Shown: piece after piece, positions 42,187-52,615 of the stretch | Position numbering within the stretch: position 1 is the first letter of the stretch | How the letters are laid out: each line of letters opens with the position of its first letter | Assembly: GCA_002269645.1 (NCBI GenBank) | Contig: NIVC01001570.1 | Location: 1-64,000, forward strand | Reading direction: 5' to 3' | DNA length: 64,000 nt | DNA from: Macrostomum lignano | Lineage: Eukaryota | Position numbers and translations under genes: made by a program | The notes under the pieces: generated by a model | Databases searched by the model: none | Told to the model about the DNA's origin: nothing | The model's input: the letters and a program-made list of their open reading frames with translations, nothing else

Positions 42187-42534
42187 GTAAGTCCCATCAC
42201 CAACCTGATTTCCTTTCGCCTATACGTTAAACGAAATCTACCCACTCGCCATGCCTTTCGTTTTAAACTGAGCCAATTGCAGTAATAATATATGGCCTTT
42301 CTTACGGTAAAAGTAGTGAGCAGCCAACACAGAGCCATTTTTAGGAATTTTTAGGATAATGACACAACAATGACTCGTATATTGGTTATTAAAGTTTAAA
42401 AATGAATATTATGGAAGAACCGAATATTAATAGGATAATTTCACACACACACACACGACAAACACACAACGCAAGGGGGCGGAAAGGCGGGTCGGACCGG
42501 CCGGCGGACGTCGCTCAGCAGGTAGTCAGCATCC

Positions 42535-43884
42535 TTACTCGAAATGGGCCTCTTGATTTAGCTGGTACGGGCCATATGCCGCCACCTGAGCCATGGCACT
42601 TGCCCATGCTTCCACATAACGTTGGGCTGCCGCGGCCGTGAGCACCACTCGGTGCCATCGGCTAGGCAAGATGTCGTTGCGCAGCACGCCCCTCAACTGC
42701 GGCAGAGTCGGGATGCCCAGGGCTTGGCATTGGACGACGAAGGCCGCATTCCGTACTTGTTGCAGCCGTGTCAGAGTTGGTGCAGACAGGGGCGGCTGCG
42801 CGATTGCAAAATGCTGCAAAGTGCCACGGGGCACCTCGGCCAGGCCCGCGTAGCCGGGCTCAACGTCGCCCAGGGCCGCCAACACCCACCCACAGCGGCG
42901 ATTGAACCGTTGCGAGAGAGTGGCGGCCCAGGCCACTGTGGCAAACGGCGCATAGAGGAGGGGCGCAGAGGCCGGCGCGGAGGCCGCAAGAATGCCGTCG
43001 TGGATGACGAGAGCCTCTTCCCATTCGGCGCCCTCGCTCAGGAAGCCCCAGAGCAGCCCTGGCAGGTCCGCAGGAAGCATGCCCCAGCGGCTGGCCAAGC
43101 TGGCCAGGCCAATCAATAGCCGGGCTCTCTGGGTTGGTGTCAGTTGTCTAGTCATCTGAGAGGAGGCTGCGCAGCTGATGATCACCTTCTTGTAGACCGG
43201 CCGATCGCAGGTGCTGAAGATTGCTGTGATGGGGGCACAGGACGGCGGCCGGGCTGTCAGGTGCGATGGTTCCTCATCCACAACCTTGCGGAGGAACTTG
43301 GCGGCCTGCCGGACTAGGTCGCCGAGGGCGTATTTGTAGGCGCTCTGGGCCGCTGCCTCGATGTACATTAACAGCGTATTGTCAACCAATCCCAGCAGGG
43401 CCGCTTTTGACAGGATGAGCAGACAGGGCCGGTCCAGGTTGTCGCGAAGTTGGCGCTCTAGAGTCGCATGCCTGTCCTCGGCCTGGAGTGGGCCATGATA
43501 GGACTCAGGCCCGACCCAGTGCACCAGATCCATAGCTGTCGCCGAAGGTTCGCCAGCCACCTGACCCCAATCGACTTCTTCTCTTTGCAGGGCGATGTCC
43601 ACACTTCGGCGGCTGTTGGGCAGAACATCACGCAGGCGGCGGGCCGCCTCGCCGAATTCGGCCGCCAGGTCCGAAATGTCCGCGGTGTCGCCCCCAGCAT
43701 TGGCCGGGTCGATTGTCTCGTCACCTTCTTCGACCCTGGCGGAGGCCGCCGCTGGCGGCTCGGGGCCGTCCTCCGCCTCTTGGATGGCGTCACGGGGCCG
43801 CTTTCGGCTAACTGGGCTGGCAGGACGCTCAGACGGTAAGCTGGAGCATAGCTGAATTCGATTGATGGTAGGCTTCGTGTCCAT
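42535..43884 (-). CDS. 449-aa orphan accessory ORF of the LTR element (env position)
   Basis: Intact non-repetitive ORF; acidic/Pro-rich N-terminus with RKRPR; no recognisable RT, IN or env motifs. Confidence 0.72.
   Translation of the reverse strand: MDTKPTINRIQLCSSLPSERPASPVSRKRPRDAIQEAEDGPEPPAAASARVEEGDETIDPANAGGDTADISDLAAEFGEAARRLRDVLPNSRRSVDIALQREEVDWGQVAGEPSATAMDLVHWVGPESYHGPLQAEDRHATLERQLRDNLDRPCLLILSKAALLGLVDNTLLMYIEAAAQSAYKYALGDLVRQAAKFLRKVVDEEPSHLTARPPSCAPITAIFSTCDRPVYKKVIISCAASSQMTRQLTPTQRARLLIGLASLASRWGMLPADLPGLLWGFLSEGAEWEEALVIHDGILAASAPASAPLLYAPFATVAWAATLSQRFNRRCGWVLAALGDVEPGYAGLAEVPRGTLQHFAIAQPPLSAPTLTRLQQVRNAAFVVQCQALGIPTLPQLRGVLRNDILPSRWHRVVLTAAAAQRYVEAWASAMAQVAAYGPYQLNQEAHFE
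43591..43835 (+). CDS. Antisense gene exon 2 (ATG 43595; MSTLRRLLGRTSRRRRAAS...)
   Basis: CTGAC branch-like motif, CTTCTTCTCTTTGCAG acceptor and GTAAGC donor (phase 1); overlaps the 449-aa ORF on the opposite strand. Confidence 0.55.
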
Positions 43885-43976
43885 GTCAAGCTGGATAGTT
43901 CAGAGAATGCTTCAGCGATTGAAGGACAGAATGATTTCTCTGATTGATGATTTCCAGCTCTGGCAGGCGTGGGTCT

Positions 43977-44094
43977 TCTTATAGTGCCGGGGCTGGCTTC
44001 CCATTGGTTGAGCACATTGGGAGGCACACCTGCTGCGGCCGGGGTCGCCGTTGGCTTGGGACCGCTCGCTCTAGTCTCCGTGCGCTCTGATTGG
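43977..44094 (-). promoter_or_regulatory. Candidate internal promoter for the 449-aa ORF
   Basis: TATAAGA (43983-43977) plus three CCAAT boxes (44003-07, 44016-20, 44090-94) on the minus strand, ~95 bp upstream of ATG 43884. Confidence 0.5.
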
Positions 44095-44889
44095 CTGGTT
44101 CCGCCGCTTCCTGTTTCCTCACCTGTGAGAAGGGGCCAGACCCGAGACCACCTCCGGTCGCGCCCGCGGCAGATCCGTACTCCAGCCGACAGAGATCGCA
44201 CTCCCACCTCACATGCACACATTCAGATCAGGCACACAAATTAATTTGATTAATATGAATAGAAGAGGGATTTGGGAGATTAGACTCCGGAGGATAAATG
44301 ATGATGCGGCCCAACTCCCTTCGATTTCTTCCTTCAACGCCACGCGCACGCAGTTCTCATCCATGCCTCCGAGACCCTCATAAACTTAACAGCCGAAAGA
44401 ATTCGAAAGAGGAATTAATCATTAATTTGACTGCCACCAGTTTGATGTACTATTATAAAAGAGAAAGGGGAACCTACCACCATCTTGGCGCATTACCAAA
44501 GAAAAGAAAAGGAGGATCAGCCACCATTTTGAGAGAGGTTGCTAGGGAAAACTGCCACCAATTGTACATTAACAGGGAAGAGAAAGAGGGAACCCGTCAC
44601 CACTTAGAGTGGATTGCCCGGGGAAACTGCCACCATTTGCCCTTCTACCAGAGGAGAGGAAGACGAAAAACTGCCATCACTTAGAGGTGTATCATTAAAA
44701 GAAGGCGGGGAAGAAGGCTACCACTACTTGATCACCTAGAGCTCAAGGGGAGGAGAGGGAATGAAGAAAGGAAGAAACCCCCAGGAAGGCCACTACCACA
44801 CGCCATAAAGTTAAAATCCCCATCTATCTACATCCTAATACCCGGCTAGTTCCCTACTTCTATTTTATCCCTTAAATTCTCATTTTCAG

Positions 44890-45296
44890 GATTCCGGCCG
44901 CTAGTAGCCGAGCCCATCCTTGAAGAGGAGTCCGACTACGAAGCGCCCGAAGACAGCCATTCAGAGCCGGACGCCCCCTCTGATTCTGGGCCGGCTGCGC
45001 CATCTGGTGGCATAGGCGCCGCGGCTCCCGGGCCATGCGACCGCCGGGCCGCCAGCGAACCAGCGTCCGGGGCCGGTTGGCATCCGGTACCACCGCCGTT
45101 GTCAGCCCGAGCGCACGCTCCGCCGCCGGTCGCCGCGGTGACGCCCGTGGCTGCCGCTCCACAGCCCTTGCCAACCCCTGTGGTGGAGGCCGACGGCTCC
45201 TGGCATTTGGTCGTGCTGTCGACGGCCCTAATAGCCGGTCTCACAATGCACTGGCTACTGCTCTTGGAGCTATTTCTGCGGCTTCCCAACTGCTGA
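44890..45296 (+). CDS. Antisense gene exon 3, Pro/Ala-rich with C-terminal hydrophobic helix
   Basis: CATTTTCAG acceptor (phase 1, in frame); FRPLVAEPILEEESDYE...HLVVLSTALIAGLTMHWLLLLELFLRLPNC*; ATTAAA at ~45480. Confidence 0.55.
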
Positions 45297-45656
45297 TGCT
45301 GGTGGTTCTTAATGCTTACTTACTATTTCTGAACTATCTGTCCCCATAACTTGACTTTAATTACTTACCTGACTTTACATTGACTAAACCACTGGCCTAC
45401 TCTAAACTAATTGCTGCCCCATTTGCCTGATAAACTTAATTACATTGAAGGCCCCCCCCCCTATTGCCTCATCGAAACCAATTAAAAGTTTCCCAAAATC
45501 GGACTTTCACAAAGTGTGAACAAACACACGAAATCAGACCTAAAGGTGCTAATTTCCTACGGTCCCAGACTTCCATTGTTCCCAGAAAATCTTGAACAGC
45601 GGGGCAGGACCTCCTGTGGAGCAGACCCATAGAAATTTTACTAGTTTCCAAGTTAA

Positions 45657-48561
45657 TCCTATATATAATACTAAAAATGAAAATCTTGCTTGCTTGCTTG
45701 TAATCGATTAGAGAAAAAGTGGTTTAACCGATTTTCATGAGACTTGCACTGTTCAATCAGAAATTTTCCCGGGACGGTACATGTATCTTGGCTAAGAAAT
45801 TGCTAAATTCTAAAGGGATTAAATATTCGAAAAACATACTTTTTTGCAAAGGTCAAGCAAACTTTTCGACTTGAAATGCATTGTAAGAATGCTAGAGAAA
45901 AAACTGACGACTGGTTGAATTCTGATTCTGAAATAGATTGCATCATAACTGAAATGTAACTCCGACTTGAATTGCGTCACAGTATTGAAAATGCAGTGTG
46001 GAAGCGTAGCACCAGACTTGATTTAGATTGCGTAACCATATTCTCAACTTTAATTGAGACTGACACTGACTTGCCTGGGAAATTGATTATGTCATAACTG
46101 CTTCGTGAGTGAGTGTTGAATTATATAAGTGCTACAATTTCATTTATAAATTCGATAAGATCTAGCCTAGATGTGAACAGACTGGACTGCTAATGCAGCG
46201 ACCTGGGTTCGAATCTTAGTAGTGAAAATTTTTTTATTAAAAGCTTTTATTAAAAAAATAATAAAGGACTAAAGGCGTCATGCAAAAAATCAGAGAAGCG
46301 TCATGTAAACAATCATAGAAGCGTCATGTAAACAATCATAGAAGCGTCATGTAAAAATCATAGAAGCGTCATGTAAACAATCATAGAAGCGTCATGTAAA
46401 AATCATAGAAGCGTCATGTAAAAATCATAAAAGCGTCATGTAAACAATCTTAGAAGCGTCATGTAAACAATCTTAGAAGCGTCATGTAAACATCATAGAA
46501 GCGTCATGTAAAAATCATAAAAGCGTCATGTAAGCAATCATACAAGCGTCATGTAAAAAATCATAGAAGCGTCATGTAAACATCATAGAAGCGTCATGTA
46601 AACATCATAGAAGCGTCATGTAAAAATCATAGAAGCGCATCCTGCAAAAATCGTAGAAGCGTCATGTAAACAATCATAGAAGCGTCATGTAAAAATCATA
46701 GAAGCGCATCCTGCAAAAATCGTAGAAGCGTCATGTAAATAATCATAGAAGCGTCATGTAAAAATCATAGTGAGTAGAAGCGTCATGTAAAAAGTCATAG
46801 AAGCGTCATGTAAACAATATTAGAAGCGTCATGTAAAAATCATAGAAGCGTCATGTAAAAATCATAAAAGCGTCATGTAAACAATCTTAGAAGCGTCATG
46901 TAAACAATCATAGAAGCGTCATGTAAAAAGTCATAGAAGCGTCATGTAAACAATATTAGAAGCGTCATGTAAAAATCATAGAAGCGTCATGTAAAAATCA
47001 TAAAAGCGTCATGTAAACAATCTTAGAAGCGTCATGTAAACAATCATAGAAGCGTCATGTAAAAAATCATAGAAGCGTCATGTAAACAATCATACAAGCG
47101 TCATGTAAAAAATCATAGAAGCGTCATGAAACAATCATAGAAGCGTCATGTAAACAATCATAGAAGCGTCATGTAAACAATCATAGAAGCATCCTGCAAA
47201 AATCGTAGAAGCGTCATGAAAAAAATCATCGAAGCGTCATGTAAAAATCATAGAAGCGTCATGTAAAAATCATAGAAGCGTCATGTAAAAAATCATAGAA
47301 GCGTCATGAAAAAATCATAGAAGCATCATGTAAAAAATCAAAGGAGCGTCATGAAAAAATCATAGAAGCCTCATTTTAAAACTAATGAAAGTGTCATTTA
47401 AAAAATTAAGAGGCATCATAGTAGAATAAAAGAAGCGTCATGTCAGACATGAAGGGTGTCATGTAAAAATTAAATGAAGCTATAGTGCTGTGCTGGGGAG
47501 AAAAACTGTGACGTCAAGGCTCACAGAGAATAACTGAGATTACGGGGGGGGTTCTGAGATGTCAAAGCAAAAGTCAGATGCTACTTCAAAGTTCATGTAC
47601 TTTACTCCATTTTTTATTACATTCTTTGTTGGCTCGCCACGGGGGGTGCTGATAGAAGAAGAGTCATGTAAAAAATAAAAGTAGCACTATGTATACATAA
47701 AAGAAAAGTCATGTCGAAGTTAAAAGATTCATTTGGGAATGGCTACGATGTCAAAGCTTGGTGGAAATCGTTATAGTGCTGTGATTCTTAAAGAAGGAAT
47801 CACTAAAATGTCAAGGCTTAGGGGAGAAGAATTGCTGAGATTTCAAGGCTTTAGGTTGGGTTAAAGTTAGGTTTAGGTCAGGTGTGGGTTGAGGGTTATA
47901 TTTTATCGGGTTTCAAGGTTAACAGGGGATTTTTTAGATTTCAAGGTTTATGGGGGCCATCGCCGACATGTCAAGGCTTACGGGGTGAATAGCTGAGATG
48001 TCAGGGCTCACGGGGGTATAAATGAGATTTCAAGGCTAAAGTCAGAAGCTACATGTAGTTTATTGAAAACTTTTTATTCCGATATTTGATGCCTCCTCAG
48101 GGGAGGGATTGCTGATAAAAAAAGCGTAATGTAGAAAATAAAAGAAGCTTCATGTCGAAGTTAAGAGATTCATTTGGGAATCCCTACGATGTCGAGGCTT
48201 GCAGGGAATCGCTATAATGCTGTAGTAGTGCTATAATGACTCTTAGAGAGAATTACTGAAATGTCAATGCTTCAGGGTTAGGTTAGGGTTAGGGTTAGGG
48301 TTAGGGTTAGGGTTAGGCTAGGGTTAGGGTTAGGGTTAGAAGGTTGACAGATATTTTTAGATTTCCAAGGCTTATTGGGGGCATTGCTGAGATGTCAAGG
48401 GGGGAAGTTGATATGTTAAAGCTTGTGGGGGGGAATTACTGACATGTCAAGGCTTACAAGGTTTGACAGGAGATTTTTTAAGATTTCAAGGATACATGTA
48501 GCTTATTAAAAAAACATGTATTGCATTTTTTGGCTCCCCAACGGGGGGCGTAGATTGCTAG
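45657..48561 (+). mobile_element. Non-autonomous Helitron-like element H3 with a 22-bp satellite and telomeric repeats
   Basis: A|TCCTATATA start, shared head, AGAAGCGTCATGTAAAAATCAT array (~46270-47400), CCCCAACGGGGGG hairpin and CTAG end. Confidence 0.8.
48274..48339 (+). repeat. Interstitial (TTAGGG)n telomeric repeat
   Basis: About 10 units within H3. Confidence 0.9.
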
Positions 48562-51500
48562 TCCTATATACTAAAATGAGTTGTCTGTATGTGGGTAGGT
48601 ATGCGATAGATTTTAGAAAAAATGGCTCAACTGATTTTCTTCAAACTTGCACCATTCGATCAGAAATTTTCCTGGGACGGTACATGCATCTTGGCTAAGA
48701 AATTGCTCAATATTAAAGGGATTAAATATTCGAAAAACATGCTTTTTTACAAAGGTCAAGCAGCTCTTTCGACCTGAAATGCATTGTAAGAATGCTAGAG
48801 AAAAAACTGACTGACTGAATTTCAATTCTGATAAAGATTGCATCACAACAAGTTGAAAACAGTGCCGAAGAAATGCACACACAACTTGATTTAAATTGCG
48901 TAACAATATTGCTAACTTAAATTGACACTGATACTGGCTGACTGAGAAATTGATTATGTCATAACTTTTTACTCTAACCGATTTGCTCTAACCGAATTGC
49001 GAAGAACCGGTTCGAATCTTAGTAGTGCAAAAAGATTTTTTTATTCAAAAACCTTAAAAACACAAAATGCTAAACACAAAAAAGCACAATGTCAAACATC
49101 AAAGAGCCACCATGTCGAAGATTAAAGAGCCATCATGTCTAACATTAAAGAGCCACCATGTCTAACATTAAAGAGCCACCATGTCGAACATTAAAGAGCC
49201 ACCATGTCAAGCATAAAAGGACCACCATGTCGAACATTAAAGAGCTACCATGTCAAAAATTAAAGAGCCACCATGTCTAACATTATAGAGCCACCATGTC
49301 GAACATTAAAGAGCCATCATTACATTAAGGTGCCACTAGGTCAAACATGAAAGAGCCACCATGTCTAACATTTACGAGTCACCATGTCTAACATTTTCGA
49401 GTCACCATGTCAATTATTAAAGAGCCATCATGTCAAACATTAAAGAGCCATCATGTCAAACATTAAAGAGCCACCATGTCAAACATTAAAGAGCCACCAT
49501 GTCAAACATTAAAGAGCCATCATGTCAAACATTAAAGGACCACCATGTCAAACATTAAAGAGCCATCATGTCAAACATTAAAGGACCACCATGTCAAACA
49601 TTAAAGAGGCACCATGTCGAACATTAAAAAGCCACCATGCTGAACATTAAAGAGCCACCATGTAAAAATTAAACAGCCACCATGTCTAACATTAAAGAGC
49701 CACCATGTGGAACATTAAAGATCCACCATGTCGAACATTATAGAGCCACCATGTTGAACATTAAAGAGCCACCATGTCAAACATTAAAGAGCCAGCATGT
49801 CAAATATTAAAGAGCCACCATTTCAAACATTAAAGAGCCATCATTACAGACATTAAGGTGCCACCAGGTCAAACATTAAAGAGCCACCATGTCTAACATT
49901 AACGAGTCACCATGTCAAGTATATTCGTGACTCCATGTCAAACATCAAATAGCCATCATACCAAACATTAAAGAGCCACCATGTCGAAAATAAAAAATCC
50001 ACCATGTAGAACATTAAAGAGCCATCATGTCAAACATAAAAGATACACAATTTCAAACCTAAAAGTAAGCGTCATGCCAATTTTAAAAGAGCCACTATAG
50101 AGCTAAGGAAATTGTTGCACTAGCTACTTATTGTCTGGTGGATGCTTACTACTTGGGGATGCTTACTATCTGGGGGATGCTTGCTATCCGGGAGGGGGGA
50201 TGCTTCCTATCTGGGGGATGCTTGCTATCAGGGGGATGCTTGCTATCTGGGGGATGCTTGCTATCTGGGAGAATATTAAAGAGCCACTATGTCGAACATT
50301 AAAGAGCTACCATGTCTAACATAAAAGAGGCACCATGCCAAACATAAAAGAGCCACCCTGTCGAACATTAAAGAGCTACCATGCCAAACGTAAAAGAGCC
50401 ACTATGTAGAACATAAAAGAGCCACCATGTCAAACATTAAAGAGCCACAATGTCAAACATTAAAGAGCCACCATGTCGAACATTAAAGAATCATCATGTC
50501 AAACATAAAAGAGCCACCATGTCAAACGTTAAAGAGACACCATGTCAGACATTAAAAAAAACCGAATCAAACATAAAAGAGCTACCATGTAGAACATAAA
50601 AGAGCCAAAAGAGCCACAAACATAAAAGAGCCACCATCTCAAACATATATGTGACTCCATGTCAAACATAAAAGAGCCATCATGTCAAACATTAAAGAGC
50701 CACCATGTCGAACATTAAAGAACCATCATGTCTAACATTAAAGAGCTACCTTGTCAAACACTAAAGAGCCACCATGTCGAACATCAAAGAGCCACCATGT
50801 CAAACATAAAAGAGACACCATTTCGAAAATTAAAGAGCAACCATGTCAAACATTAATGAGACACCATGTCAGACATTAAAAAAACCCCGATTCAAACATA
50901 AAAGAGCCACCATGTAGAACATAAAAGAGTCACCATGTCAAACATTAAAGAGCCAACATGTCAAACATAAAAGATACACAATTTCAAACCTAAAAGTAAG
51001 CGTCATGCCAATTTTAAAGGAGCCACTATAGAGCTAAGGAAATTGTTGCACTAGCTACTTATTGTCTGGTGGATGCTTACTATTTGGGGATGCTTGCTAT
51101 CTGGGGGATGCTTGCTATCTGGGAGGGGGGATGCTTCCTATCTGGGGGATGCTTGCTATCTGGGGGATGCTTGCTATCTGGGAGGGGGGATGCTTCCTAT
51201 CTGGGGGATGCTTGCTATCTGGGAGGGCGGATGCTTCCTATTTGAGGGATGCTTGCTATCTGGGGGATGCTTGCTATCTGGGGGAATATTAAAGAGCCAC
51301 TATGTCGAACATTAAAGAGCCACCATGTCAACCATAGAAGAGCCACCATGTCGAACATAAAAGAGCCGCCATGTCGAACATAAAAGAGCCACCATGTCGA
51401 ACATAAAAGAGCCACCATGCCAAGCATAAAAGAGCCACCATGTCAAACATAAAAGAGCCACCATGTCAAACATAAAAGAGCCACCATGCCAAACATGAAA

Positions 51501-51860
51501 GAGCCACCCTGTCGAACATAAAATGCTTGCTATCTGGGGGATGCTTGCTATCTGGGGGATGGTTTGCTATTTGGGGGATGCTTGCTATCTGGGGGATGCT
51601 TGCTATCTGGGGGATGCTTGCTATCTGGGGGATGCTTGCTATCTGGGGGATGCTTGCTATTTGGGGGATGCTTGCAATCTGGGGGATGCTTGCTATCTGG
51701 GGGATGCTTGCTGTCTTGGGATGATTTATTTTTGCATTGCACTTTATTTGAGCAGTTTGTCTGTTGTCTTTGAGAAGGCTTTATCTGGCTGTCTTTTTGT
51801 TACCTGTAGAGAGCAGAGATTCTATCCACATGTCCCCCAACGGGGGGCGAAGATTGCTAG
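48562..51860 (+). mobile_element. Non-autonomous Helitron-like element H4 (same subfamily as H1)
   Basis: TC start directly after H3's CTAG; 23-bp and 18-bp arrays with a duplicated linker; hairpin plus CTAG|T end. Confidence 0.8.
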
Positions 51861-52090
51861 TATTTACTGATAGGGAATTAACGCCTACTGTACGGGCCTA
51901 ATTTTCGAGCTAAAATCTTAGATATTTAAACAACACCAACGAGCACGAGGTCACAACATAAATTCGAGTAATAGAGGGCATACGTAAATACGCGAAAAGC
52001 GGTCCCCAACGGGGCAACACGAGCAAAATTTCGACACGCGAATCGGGGGGGGGGAATTAAGCAATCACTGGCTAGCTACCGATCTGTTAC

Positions 52091-52615
52091 TCAGCGGGGG
52101 TCGAATGGGAGACTCACACCTAGCAAGTAAACCTTTTCTGTTCGATAGTCTATGATAGCATGCGTACTGGCTAGAAAAGCACTACCCAGGAGGGAAACTG
52201 CTGCTGAATTGCCAACGACCAGAAAGAGGATTCTCACCTCTTCTAGCCCAATAACTGCTGTGAGGGTGGCCTGGCCTAGCATCTCTAATTCATTGCCCGT
52301 GTAGGACACGGCCTTCACACATGGGGGCTCCAGGGCCTCCACACTCTGTCCGGTAATTTTAGTAAAGTCTTTGACTGTTAGCAAAGACAGCGCACTGCCC
52401 CCATCTGCCAGGAGGCGGGTGGGAACATTCTCAATTGGCAACTCTACAACAATATCTCTCCCGCGTTGTCCTCTAGCTGGTCTTGGCTGATAGAAATCGG
52501 GCACCTTCTCAAATCTAAACTTCTTGCTGGGCGGACGTGGCAGGTTAAGCTGGGCCCTAGAGAGGGAACGGGGCTGAGTTCGGGCCGGGCCATTCAGCCC
52601 TCCCACGGGTTTCCC
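52091..52615 (-). CDS. Retropepsin-like protease, reached by -1 frameshift from gag
   Basis: IENVPTRLLADGGSALSLL...SYTGNELEMLG...LLGSAFL; frame is -1 relative to gag; followed by a stop with no RT. Confidence 0.75.
   Translation of the reverse strand, partial: GKPVGGLNGPARTQPRSLSRAQLNLPRPPSKKFRFEKVPDFYQPRPARGQRGRDIVVELPIENVPTRLLADGGSALSLLTVKDFTKITGQSVEALEPPCVKAVSYTGNELEMLGQATLTAVIGLEEVRILFLVVGNSAAVSLLGSAFLASTHAIIDYRTEKVYLLGVSLPFDPR
52553..52615 (-). promoter_or_regulatory. -1 programmed ribosomal frameshift signal (G GGA AAC plus stem-loop/pseudoknot)
   Basis: Heptamer 52615-52609 is correctly phased in gag; 8-nt spacer; stem GGGCTGA/TCAGCCC; loop GGCCC can pair with downstream GGGCC. Confidence 0.75.

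Noticed and set aside
42535-43884. Calling the 449-aa ORF an envelope gene
   Set aside because: No signal peptide, furin cleavage site or C-terminal TM anchor is visible.
43458-44222. 254-aa overlapping minus-strand ORF
   Set aside because: Probably a by-product of GC-rich sequence; it runs across the promoter-like motifs and has no recognisable features.
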